A stretch of DNA of 64,000 nt from the NCBI GenBank assembly GCA_964574655.1, contig CAZNOH010000004.1, positions 2,046-66,045 of the forward strand, in the 5' to 3' direction. Below, piece after piece: positions 29,554 to 38,206 of this stretch; within the stretch, counting starts at the first letter, position 1; every line of letters begins with the position of its first letter. The notes under the pieces are model-generated. The model saw only the letters and a list, made by a program, of their open reading frames with translations. It was not told where the DNA came from and ran no database searches. The position numbers and the translations under genes were made by a program. The stretch is from an uncultured Candidatus Saccharibacteria bacterium. Its GTDB lineage: Bacteria; Patescibacteriota; JABMPQ01; JAQVVF01.

Positions 29554-29772
29554 TCAGCCCGACTTGGATCCCCGCGACTTGCCCTTCGCGCTGAGCTCCT
29601 GCGAGGTCTTGCCGGCACCAGCGACGACGGCGCCACGTGCCGGGGCCAGGTCACCGACGGCGACCTCGCCAAGGTTCTTCTCCTTCGTCTTCGCCTTCGC
29701 CGGACACATGCCCTTGCCATGCCGGTCGCCTCCGCTCTGAACTCGCTGGTGACAGTAGATGCAGTTCGACAT
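29554..29772 (-). CDS. Small high-GC basic protein with CxxC...H...C motif
   Basis: AAGGAGG SD before ATG 29772; MSNCIYCHQRVQSGGDRHGKGMCPAKAK... (72 aa). Confidence 0.6.
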   Translation of the reverse strand: MSNCIYCHQRVQSGGDRHGKGMCPAKAKTKEKNLGEVAVGDLAPARGAVVAGAGKTSQELSAKGKSRGSKSG

Positions 29773-29902
29773 CGCGACTTTTCCTCCTTCTCTCGAGTGA
29801 CTCTCTATTGGTCCCCCTCCCCGCAAACGTGACTGAGATAATAGCTAATAGTTGATAGCTAATAGTCGTTCTATTAGCTCTTAGCTATAAGCTATTATCA
29901 CG

Positions 29903-30000
29903 ATTCCGTCCATTTATTAGAGGCCGAAATGGCTCGGCAAGGACTAAAAAAGATTAATTCCCTGGAGACCATTTCACCTCCTCTAATAGATAGACGGAGT
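29903..30000 (-). ncRNA. Candidate structured leader RNA (~100-nt hairpin)
   Basis: Long imperfect inverted repeat TCCGTC-CATTTATTAGAGG...CCTCTAATAGATA-GACGGA downstream of a consensus promoter. Confidence 0.4.
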
Positions 30001-30106
30001 TCGCAAGTTCCTAAAGTTATAAAGTTCATAAAGTAGGGACGAAACACTGCTTCGTCTGCGTTGATTGACATATTTGAAGTAAGCTTGATTTGAGCTTGAA
30101 CCTTGC

Positions 30107-30135
30107 ATTATATTACTGTATTTTAACCGTGTCAA
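30107..30135 (-). promoter_or_regulatory. Perfect consensus sigma70 promoter
   Basis: Minus strand TTGACA-17-TATAAT. Confidence 0.8.
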
Positions 30136-30371
30136 GGGTATTCTACACATTATTATGCTTTTTCATTGGCTACTACTACTTTTTGCTTTAGATAAGGCAA
30201 AAACAAAAATGTGCTTTATGGCACATTCTGTCTATTTTTACTGACATCTTATATAATATCAACTAATATATATTTCGCAAGCTTTTGTCTTCAAATTGCT
30301 AGTTTTTGCTACATATTACTCTAATCTGTTGAAAAGTCTTGACAAATTCTGCGGGTTTGATATATTACTAA

Positions 30372-30610
30372 GTTATAAATTATCTTGATCTTTATCTATC
30401 TTAGAACAGGAGACAACGCCCGCATGAGGCGTGCTGTTCTCCTTCCCCCTGCGGAAGAGGAGGTGGCTATGGGCGACGGAGACTAGACGAAGTACGAAAG
30501 TTAAAAAGTTGTAAAGTTGAAGGTCAAAACGAGCGTCGCGGAGCAACTAAAAATGAATTCAAAATTTGAACCCTGGATCAAAAAGCCGAGCTTATGCCCG
30601 GTTTTATTTT
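30372..30610 (+). ncRNA. Candidate GGA-rich small RNA or micro-peptide transcript
   Basis: TTGACA-16-TATATT at 30339-30366, hairpins, six GGA motifs, terminator-like hairpin 30580-30610, no ORF over 60 aa. Confidence 0.35.
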
Positions 30611-30645
30611 GCTTGCGAGTTAAAAGTTAAATGTTAACAGTTAAC

Positions 30646-31398
30646 TTATAACTTACTTGCTGATTCCCATGCAAGATAGAATAAGGATCTTATCGTATTT
30701 GCGATTTCTTTATTTTCGATGATTACGCCGGATAGTTTGCCCTTCAAAGATGCAATGGCAACTTTATTATTATAAATTGTTAAATCTGAAGTAACCGGAT
30801 ATTTATCAAATGGAACAAATCTTCTCTCCCCTAATCTTTTTGGGCGGATAACTTCTCCTTTTACTGCAGTATAGATTGCATAGGTAGCAATTTTTTTTTC
30901 AGTTCTTCTTTCAGCAAATTCTTTGTTTTCTTCTGGCGTAAAAACTTTATTAAGATCATCAAGGCAATACATTGATTCTATTTTTTTGTCTGTTGTTTTT
31001 AAAAAATCTTCACGCATTGATAAAAGTCCTTGTCTGCCTTCAAAAAATCTAACTGTTGGTTTTTCAGTTGGTAAATTATATAATGCCTTGAATTCTGGCA
31101 AAATATTTTCAAATTCTTTTTGCTTTTGATCGATGTCTTCTTTTTGTTGGTGCAAAAGACTAACTAGCTTGTCTGGAGATTCAGCTACAAAATATGTTTT
31201 TTTATCTTTTTCGAAAGTTGTTACAATTCCTTTTTTTTGTAATGACTCTAAAATAAAATAAGCAGTTGGTCGATTGATCCCTGCTTTTTTAGAAATATTT
31301 AAAACTGTGTCATATCCCAATTCCAAAGCAGCCAAGTAAACTTTTGCTTCCTTGTCAGATAATCCTAGCTTAATAAGTTCTTGAGAGAGTAAAGACAT
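30646..31398 (-). CDS. TrmB-family transcriptional regulator
   Basis: LGLSDKEAKVYLAALELG...INRPTAY...L.KKG; PTVRFFEG; IYNNKVAI. Confidence 0.88.
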   Translation of the reverse strand: MSLLSQELIKLGLSDKEAKVYLAALELGYDTVLNISKKAGINRPTAYFILESLQKKGIVTTFEKDKKTYFVAESPDKLVSLLHQQKEDIDQKQKEFENILPEFKALYNLPTEKPTVRFFEGRQGLLSMREDFLKTTDKKIESMYCLDDLNKVFTPEENKEFAERRTEKKIATYAIYTAVKGEVIRPKRLGERRFVPFDKYPVTSDLTIYNNKVAIASLKGKLSGVIIENKEIANTIRSLFYLAWESASKL

Positions 31399-31486
31399 GT
31401 TAAAAAATTTAAAAGTAAAAATTCAAAAGTTAAAAATATTCGTCGACGATAATTTTGTTATTTTTAATTTGAAATTTATAATTTTA

Positions 31487-31560
31487 TGGAGCCCTCTGTC
31501 AGAATCGAACTGACATATGCAGTTTACAAAACTGCTGTTCTGCCACTGAACTAAGAGGGC
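31487..31560 (-). tRNA. trnT: tRNA-Thr(TGT)
   Basis: GCCCTCT acceptor, GCAGT-TTTGTAA-ACTGC arm, GTTCGATTC, encoded CCA. Confidence 0.93.
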
Positions 31561-31641
31561 AACGTGAATTTTAAATTTCTAATTTTAAATTTCAAAACTT
31601 GACGGTTTCGAAATTCGAAATTTTAAATTCAAAATTTAGCT

Positions 31642-31724
31642 TGGGTAGGGCAGGGTTCGAACCTGCGAAGCCCGAAGGCATCAGATTTACAGTCTGATCC
31701 ATTTGACCGCTTTGGTACCTACCC
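31642..31724 (-). tRNA. trnY: tRNA-Tyr(GTA)
   Basis: GGGTAGG acceptor, TCAGA-CTGTAAA-TCTGA arm, long variable arm, GGTTCGAACC. Confidence 0.94.
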
Positions 31725-31802
31725 ATTTGTTTATAATTATAATTTATTTTGCTTGAAAGATCAAGCTATCCGCCTCCGTCCTGCGGGACTACGGTGGATG
31801 AA

Positions 31803-31875
31803 AGCCGTTGACCGGAATCGAACCGGTGACCTACTCCTTACCATGGAATTGCTCTGCCGACTGAGCTACAACGGC
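31803..31875 (-). tRNA. trnT: tRNA-Thr(GGT)
   Basis: GCCGTTG acceptor, ATGGTAA loop, GGTTCGATTCC. Confidence 0.93.
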
Positions 31876-32081
31876 CCCGTACCAAGTTTCTTGTAATTAA
31901 GACACCTAATTTTGATTTAAATAAATCGTTAAAAAAGTTTAGAGCGTCAAATACAGAAACTTGGTTCGGGGCAGGCCCAGTTCACCCCGTACCAAGTTTC
32001 TGTATTAATATTTACGAATATATTTTTTTTATATTCAATATCCAAAGCCAGGAACTTCGACTTGATTAACTTGGTTCGGGG
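31875..32081. mobile_element. Two tandem 97-bp MITE/REP-like units with terminal inverted repeats
   Basis: CCCCGTACCAAGTTTC...AACTTGGTTCGGGG at 31875-31971 and 31985-32081. Confidence 0.6.
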
Positions 32082-32705
32082 TTATTTCCTTCTGATTGAT
32101 AAGTCTTTTTTTAGATTTCTGATTTTGTAGATTTCAGTTTGTGATTCCAAATCATTAGGATTCAATTTTACGGCTTGCTCGTATGCTGATTGCGCATCAC
32201 TCAGAATTTGTTGGATAAAATATATTTTTCCTAAACCTTTGTATGCAACAATGTCTTTTGAATCTTTTTTGATTAATTCTAAATAAACTTTCTCTGCTTC
32301 TTTGTATTCTTTTTTTCCGGTTAGAAGCTCCGCTTTCGCGCGAAGACTAATTGGAGATTTAGTTTCTGTTTTGGAAATTGGTCTTACAGCAGAAACAGAT
32401 TTTGGACGATTAATGATTAGTTTTCTAACTTCTTGCACAGATGCGCTGTCTTCCCTACTATCTTCCTTTTTAATTTTATCTTTAAGATTTCTTAAATTTA
32501 CAATCTTTGCAAAAACAGCCTGCATAATACTAACAGAAAAATCAATTATTGATTTTCCAGCTTTTTGAAATAATGATTTTTCTTTATTCTTATTCTCTAC
32601 TTTTATCTTTGCAACTTCGGGAAATTTTCTAGCGACAATTACAATAATACCAGCTAAAGCTAGAATGATAATTATTTCTGGAATTAAAGTTTGTAATGTA
32701 AACAT
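32082..32705 (-). CDS. Membrane-anchored TPR protein
   Basis: N-terminal TM; C-terminal AEKVYLELIK...AYKGLGKIY...YEQAVKLNP TPRs. Confidence 0.75.
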   Translation of the reverse strand: MFTLQTLIPEIIIILALAGIIVIVARKFPEVAKIKVENKNKEKSLFQKAGKSIIDFSVSIMQAVFAKIVNLRNLKDKIKKEDSREDSASVQEVRKLIINRPKSVSAVRPISKTETKSPISLRAKAELLTGKKEYKEAEKVYLELIKKDSKDIVAYKGLGKIYFIQQILSDAQSAYEQAVKLNPNDLESQTEIYKIRNLKKDLSIRRK

Positions 32706-32820
32706 TGCTATCAATTTCAAATTCTAAATTTTAAATTTCAAATTAATTTTAAATGATCGAATTTTAAAAATATTTTGAAATTAAGAAATTTGAAATTTAT
32801 TTAAAATTTTAAATTAGAAA

Positions 32821-33612
32821 TTATCTTTCGGGTAATTTTACTGTTATTCTTGTTTTGTCATCTAGTATTATTTCCAGGCTTCTAGTTAATAGATTTCGGC
32901 CGATAACTGTGCCGACGCCTTCTTTTGCCCTAACTCTTTTGCCAATTGGCGGAAAATCTTTGGATAATTCTTGATATAATTCTTTTTCGTATGCTAGACA
33001 ACAAACAAGCCGACCGCAGACGCCAGAAATTCTTTCAGAACCTCTTTGGACCATTTGCTGTTCACGAGCCATATCTGTTGTGATGCTAGCAAAATCTTTT
33101 AAGAAACGATTACAACAAAGCTCACGTCCGCAAAGTCCACAGCCTCCATATTTTGCTGCAACGTCGCGAGAGCCTACTTGTTGCAAGCGAATTGATTTTT
33201 GGAATTTTTTAGTTAAATCTTTTACTAACTCTCTAAAGTCAACTCTGCTCTCGGCTGTGAAATAAAAAATTATTTTTGATCCATCAAAAGCATAATTTGC
33301 CGCAACTATTTTCATGTCTAGATCATGTTTGCTAACTAACTCCTTGCAAACCTTTAATGTCTCGTCTTGCTTTATTTTATAGCTTGCTTGTTTTTCCAAA
33401 TCAGTTGTAGTTGCTTTTCTTAAGATTGTTTTTAAAGCAAACTCTAGCTTTGTTTCATCAACTTCTTTGTTTGCAAAAACAACCGTACCGATTTCTGTTC
33501 CTTGTTCGGTCTCGACAATTACCTTGTCTTCTTTTTCCAATAAAATATTATTTTGGTCAAAGTTATAGACTTTATCTAAAACGTTAAATTTTATTCCAGC
33601 TATGATCTTCAT
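32821..33612 (-). CDS. ricT: PSP1-domain protein (RicT/YaaT family)
   Basis: FTAESRVDFRELVKDL, GCGLCGRELCC, ISGVCGRLVCCLAYE. Confidence 0.88.
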   Translation of the reverse strand: MKIIAGIKFNVLDKVYNFDQNNILLEKEDKVIVETEQGTEIGTVVFANKEVDETKLEFALKTILRKATTTDLEKQASYKIKQDETLKVCKELVSKHDLDMKIVAANYAFDGSKIIFYFTAESRVDFRELVKDLTKKFQKSIRLQQVGSRDVAAKYGGCGLCGRELCCNRFLKDFASITTDMAREQQMVQRGSERISGVCGRLVCCLAYEKELYQELSKDFPPIGKRVRAKEGVGTVIGRNLLTRSLEIILDDKTRITVKLPER

Positions 33613-33732
33613 AAAATTCTAAACTCTAAATTCTAAACCCTAAATAAATTCAAAATTCAAATTTCTAAAACTCAAAGATTTTAAAGCTTTTGGGTTTTGT
33701 TATTTGAATTTAGGATTTAGAATTTTGTATTT
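33613..33732. repeat. Empty heptamer inverted-repeat element (CTAAATT type); another at 32713-32823
   Basis: AAATTCT/AAACTCT/AAACCCT units with reverse-complement arm. Confidence 0.65.
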
Positions 33733-33747
33733 CTAAATAATTCAATA

Positions 33748-34446
33748 TTATTTAATAATAGTTCCAATCTTTTCACCTGCAATAACTTTTTTCAGATTGT
33801 CTTCCTTTTTAACATTAAAAACTACAATAGTCAATCCATTATCGCGCGCTAGAGAGAAAGCAGTCTGATCCATGACAGCTAATTTTTTAGATAGTACTTC
33901 GTCATAAGAAAGTTCATCATATTTTTTTGCATTTGGATTTTCATTTGGATCAGAATCATAAACGCCATCAACATTAGTTGCTTTTAAAACAATGTCACAA
34001 TTTGTTTGCAAAGCATGCAACACGGCACCAGTATCAGTTGAAAAAAATTGGTTACCAGTTCCTCCACCCATAATAACAATCTTTTTTTCATCCATATAAT
34101 GGATTGCTTTTCCAGGAGTGTAATATTGAATAATATAAGGCATGTAAATTTGCGATAGTGCCCTTGCTTCTTGATGTCCAAATTTATCAATTGCTTCACG
34201 CAAATTAATAGCATTCATCACTGACCCTAGCATTCCGAGATTATCAGCAATAGTTCTTTTCATTTCTTTTTCTTCCTTGCCACGATAAATATTACCAGCG
34301 CCGATTTCAACAATTACTTGCTTGCCCATTTTTACTAATTCAACAATTTGGCTAGCATATTTAGAAACTGTTTCTTGGTCGATTCCAAAATCTTTGTCAC
34401 CCATCATTAATTCACCTGATAATTTTAACATTATTCGATTGTACAT
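33748..34446 (-). CDS. pyrH: Uridylate kinase
   Basis: LKLSGE, GAGNIYRG, GTGNQFFSTD, NVDGVYDSDP, VMDQTAF. Confidence 0.96.
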   Translation of the reverse strand: MYNRIMLKLSGELMMGDKDFGIDQETVSKYASQIVELVKMGKQVIVEIGAGNIYRGKEEKEMKRTIADNLGMLGSVMNAINLREAIDKFGHQEARALSQIYMPYIIQYYTPGKAIHYMDEKKIVIMGGGTGNQFFSTDTGAVLHALQTNCDIVLKATNVDGVYDSDPNENPNAKKYDELSYDEVLSKKLAVMDQTAFSLARDNGLTIVVFNVKKEDNLKKVIAGEKIGTIIK

Positions 34447-34458
34447 AGTTTTGTTTTT

Positions 34459-34954
34459 AAGTAAAAATTAAAAAGTAAAAAGGTAAAAGTTACAAGTCAA
34501 AAGTCAAAAAACTATTAATAATATTTTTTGGCTTTTGCTTTTAAAATTATTGAAGCTAAAATATTTGTAATTTCGTTTAATTCTTCCAATAAACTTTTTA
34601 CTTCGCTTAAAATATTTTGATTTTTTGTAAGATCAGAATCCCTCAACAATCCTAACCAAAATTTTGATTCATTGCCAGACCTTAAAGCAATGCCATAATA
34701 CTTAATAAATTCTTTCTTAGATGAAGACGCCTGAACCTCAATGATATTTGCACCAATGCTACTTCCTGACCTGAGCAATTGTTTCAAAATAACTTCCGTT
34801 GATAAATTTCTAGGAAATTTGTTAGAAAGTTTAATTATCCTAATAGCAAAAAAATAAACTCTTTTCTTAATATCATAAATTTTCCCTTCTTCGTTCGTCA
34901 TTTTTTTACTTTTTTACTTGTGGCTTTTTACTTTTTCCTTTTGACTTTTACCTT
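34459..34954. mobile_element. Heptamer inverted-repeat cassette carrying a four-helix-bundle gene
   Basis: AAAAGT(A/C) arm 34459-34511 and reverse-complement arm 34902-34954 bracket ORF 34515-34901 between tsf and pyrH. Confidence 0.6.
34515..34901 (-). CDS. Four helix bundle protein (23S rRNA IVP family)
   Basis: QLLRSGSSIGANIIE...SSKKEF...ALRSGNESKFWL. Confidence 0.9.
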   Translation of the reverse strand: MTNEEGKIYDIKKRVYFFAIRIIKLSNKFPRNLSTEVILKQLLRSGSSIGANIIEVQASSSKKEFIKYYGIALRSGNESKFWLGLLRDSDLTKNQNILSEVKSLLEELNEITNILASIILKAKAKKYY

Positions 34955-34958
34955 ATCA

Positions 34959-35549
34959 TTAAATTTCGAATCTCGTAAATCTTTTGATCACAATTTTTTC
35001 TCCCAACTTCGCAGTTGTTTCAACTAATAAATCTTGAACAGTTTTTTCAGGATCTTTAACTAGAGCTTGAGTTGTTAAAGCATTTTCTTCACAATATTTT
35101 TTTACTTTTCCGTCCATAATTTTGTCAGCAATCTCTTTTGGTTTGCCCATCTTATTGATTTCTTCTTGCCATTCTTTTTTTAATTCTTCTAATTTTTCAG
35201 CTGGAACTTCTTCAGGAGAAATACAAATTGGATTTGAGGCTGCAACTTGAATAGCAATATCGTGCGCCATTTGTTGGAAATCTTGGTTTCTTGCTACAAA
35301 ATCTGTTTCACAAAGCAATTCAACCATTGTGCCAATTTTTTTGTTAGCATGAATATAACAATCAATAATGCCTTCACTTGCTTCTCTACCTGCTTTTTTA
35401 GCCATGATTTCTTGGCCTCTTTTCTTTAATAATTTGATTGCTTCATCATAATTTCCATTTGCTTCTTCTAAGGCTTTTTTACAGTCCATCATGCCTGCTC
35501 CAGTTTGCATTCTTAGATTTTTGATGTCTTCCATTTTTATTTGCGTCAT
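34959..35549 (-). CDS. tsf: Elongation factor Ts (short form)
   Basis: LRMQTGAGMMDCKKAL, ELLCETDFVA, GEKIVIKRF. Confidence 0.96.
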   Translation of the reverse strand: MTQIKMEDIKNLRMQTGAGMMDCKKALEEANGNYDEAIKLLKKRGQEIMAKKAGREASEGIIDCYIHANKKIGTMVELLCETDFVARNQDFQQMAHDIAIQVAASNPICISPEEVPAEKLEELKKEWQEEINKMGKPKEIADKIMDGKVKKYCEENALTTQALVKDPEKTVQDLLVETTAKLGEKIVIKRFTRFEI

Positions 35550-35579
35550 ACGTTTATTGTTAAAATTTTGAAATAGATA

Positions 35580-35667
35580 TTCCGCGATTTCTGCGTTTTA
35601 TTCTGCATTTTCTGCGATTAGGGCTTTAACGCAGAATGACGCTGAAATGTACGCAGAAGACGCAGAA
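35580..35667. repeat. Empty ACGCAGAA-type inverted-repeat element
   Basis: TTCTGCG units then ACGCAGAA units; same unit as the GxxExxY cassette arms. Confidence 0.65.
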
Positions 35668-35692
35668 TACAAATATCTCGTAATTTATATTG

Positions 35693-35740
35693 TTGACAAA
35701 TTAATAATTATATAATATAATATTTAGTGCTCTTTTTAAA
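35693..35740 (+). promoter_or_regulatory. Consensus sigma70 promoter with boxA-like sequence
   Basis: TTGACA-17-TATAAT (35693-35721) then TGCTCTTTTTAAA. Confidence 0.7.
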
Positions 35741-35913
35741 TTCAGCTATTGTTTTGATCATGAGTTATCCCTATTATCCGCGTGTAATCCGTTAAAATCC
35801 GTTTTTCAAAAACGCGGGTGCAGACTGATTGCACACGGATAAAACGGATAACTTGCAACTTCAGAGTAGCAGAACTAAAACGCAAAGTCAAAGGCAAAAC
35901 GAGGAGGAAGAGA

Positions 35914-37419
35914 ATGGCTGAGCCAGTAGATCTTGATCTTGATGATCTGCTCGAATTGCTTGTTTCTACAGATCCAATGCCAAAGTCTGGTTCTTGTGCA
36001 AAAGCTTCCACTTGTTTGGAAAAAAAAGATTTTGCTGGTGCTTTGTCTCATTGTGAGCAAGCTCTTGAAGAAGATCCTTGCAATGGATTGGCAATGAATC
36101 TCCAAATTCATGTCCTGTTCGAATCTGATCAAAAAGATTTGGCAATGGCAAAGCTTGGATATTTGCTGAAATTCTTTCCAAATCTTCAAAGCGCAAATCT
36201 TACTGAACTTGTAGCATTGTTTTCTGATCGAGATGACGAGATTGGTTATCTCACGTTTCAAGTAAAAGCTTGCTTGGAACAAAGGAGATTTGAAGATGCA
36301 ACTAATTATTGCAATGATGCTCTATTGATAAATCCTCTGTCTTGCCAAGCACTTTGCTTGCAAGTGCAGATTCAACTTTCCATGAAGGAATTTGACAAAG
36401 CTGAATATGGCCTGCGCCATTTACTGAAATATTATGGCCAAAACAAGCAAGTAGGTTTTCTAGCAAGAAACTATATTGAAGCAATGATTGCTGAAGACAA
36501 GTTTGCTGATGCATTGATCTTCTTTGTCCAGTTCAGAGAGGATCGCTCTCTGGCTTTGAGCTATGTTGGAACAGCTTGTTCAAGGTATGCAGAATACGAA
36601 CGTAAGGCTGTCAAAGAGCTTGAAGACCGCAACGAACAAAGATTAAAGCTGGCTGAAGCAGAAATAGTTTTCAGAGAAGCAATCGCATATTTGCAAGACT
36701 TGCCAATCTTTTTGATTCAGGCCTTTGAGGGCTTGCTCTATGTGTATCTGGAATGGTCTAAGAAATTCAAGGATGACAAGATCGTTGAGATGCTGGCACT
36801 CCTGAATCAAGCAGAAAGTCTGCAAGTCAGAGTGCCGCCAAGAATCTATGCTGCTTTTGTCTTTTACTATGCACGTAAGCCGTCCTTTTTTTGCCAAGCA
36901 ACAGAGTACTTGGCGAGATGCAGATTGGCTGACGCAACTGATGAAAAAGCTGTACAGGCAACTCGCGCATACTTGGGACATTTGAAAGAGCATCGCCGAA
37001 CTGCAGCTAACGTAACAGATCGCGAAATGAAAATAACAAGACTGCAACAACTGGCATTAGTCTGCAAAGATGCTTTGAAGTTATTTAATGATAGAGAAAT
37101 TCTGGCAGCGATTTCAGTGAATCTGCTCTTCATCTTTCTCTTGATCTCCAAAATGGTTGCCAAATCACGATTATCAGATATGCTAGAAACACTGCAATCT
37201 TTGGAGATGGTGGTTGATGAAGAAAACCGTACGCCAGAAATGTATCTGCCTTTTGTCTATTATTTCACGCAAGTGAGAAAAGACAAAAATCAGGCAGATT
37301 ATTTCATGGCTCGTTGCGAACAACATATTTGTTCAAATGAAAAAGAGTACCTTGAACCAGCATACGTGGCTTATCAAGTCGCATTTGGAACGTCCTTTGG
37401 GATTGATCAGTCTTCATGA
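35914..37419 (+). CDS. TPR-like repeat protein
   Basis: GAGGAGG SD before ATG 35914; 'ALSHCEQALEEDP', 'YCNDALLINP' TPR-like helices. Confidence 0.7.
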   Translation: MAEPVDLDLDDLLELLVSTDPMPKSGSCAKASTCLEKKDFAGALSHCEQALEEDPCNGLAMNLQIHVLFESDQKDLAMAKLGYLLKFFPNLQSANLTELVALFSDRDDEIGYLTFQVKACLEQRRFEDATNYCNDALLINPLSCQALCLQVQIQLSMKEFDKAEYGLRHLLKYYGQNKQVGFLARNYIEAMIAEDKFADALIFFVQFREDRSLALSYVGTACSRYAEYERKAVKELEDRNEQRLKLAEAEIVFREAIAYLQDLPIFLIQAFEGLLYVYLEWSKKFKDDKIVEMLALLNQAESLQVRVPPRIYAAFVFYYARKPSFFCQATEYLARCRLADATDEKAVQATRAYLGHLKEHRRTAANVTDREMKITRLQQLALVCKDALKLFNDREILAAISVNLLFIFLLISKMVAKSRLSDMLETLQSLEMVVDEENRTPEMYLPFVYYFTQVRKDKNQADYFMARCEQHICSNEKEYLEPAYVAYQVAFGTSFGIDQSS

Positions 37420-37615
37420 GAGGCTGATTTTTTTTGCTTACGAATCGCACAAATGCCTTACGACCGCGAATCTCGCTAATACACTTTTTGGCTTATTCTT
37501 CCCATTTCCCACGTCCTATTTCCCATTTCACAAATGGCATTGACAAAAATAAGGTGCTGTGATATGATGAAAGGCTCTAAATTCGGAGCGTACTCTCACA
37601 GCGTGGAGGTATGAG

Positions 37616-38206
37616 ATGTCTCGCCAGGTTCCGGTGGATCAGTTCGAAGGGCTGGGGCTCCTGCCCCTGATCATCCTCGTAAAGGTGGCCGGAATCGGTC
37701 CCTGGATTGAGGCTCTGCTGCCCGAACGGCAGTACAACGCAGACGCGGTTGCCGCAAGGCGCCGCAAGGAGGCGGAGGAACTCGGAATCTCGTTCGGGAT
37801 CCGACGTGACGGGATGGATGACACAGGTTGCAACGTGATCTGCAACCGGCAATTCGTGTGGATCGACGCTCTTCTGGCGGGATTCGCCATGGAGAGATAC
37901 AAGATCACGGAAGCGAGCTGGTTCTGGCGCGAGGATGAGCGAGGACGGAAGCGCTTCCTCCAGCTCGCCTTCACCATGACCGGCGATGCTATTTCTCTAC
38001 CGAAACGTGTTTCACGGATGTTCGCCGTGGGCGTGGTTCCTTTCGTGAACGTCTGGGCAAACGTTCGCGAGAGTGGTGAAGAGCTGTTTCGGCTCGACAC
38101 CATCAATGTCCCTAGCCCCCGCATGAACGTGGTGGCCGAGGAGGAGTTGCACTGCAGCTTCTCTCCCGGTCGATACACCTACCTCACCACCGCTCCCCAC
38201 CGCTAG
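37616..38206 (+). CDS. High-GC hypothetical protein
   Basis: TTGACA-17-TATGAT at ~37540, GGAGGT SD, terminator at 38248-38277. Confidence 0.7.
   Translation: MSRQVPVDQFEGLGLLPLIILVKVAGIGPWIEALLPERQYNADAVAARRRKEAEELGISFGIRRDGMDDTGCNVICNRQFVWIDALLAGFAMERYKITEASWFWREDERGRKRFLQLAFTMTGDAISLPKRVSRMFAVGVVPFVNVWANVRESGEELFRLDTINVPSPRMNVVAEEELHCSFSPGRYTYLTTAPHR

Noticed and set aside
26998-31486. Prophage or integrative element at tRNA-Thr
   Set aside because: No integrase, structural genes or visible duplicated tRNA 3' end.
31875-32081. Possible mini CRISPR array
   Set aside because: Only two units, organised as inverted termini rather than direct repeat-spacer, and no cas genes in the window.
35742-35913. 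N-terminal extension of the TPR ORF from 35818 and the antisense 89-aa ORF
   Set aside because: This stretch is an inverted-repeat leader; the SD points to ATG 35914.
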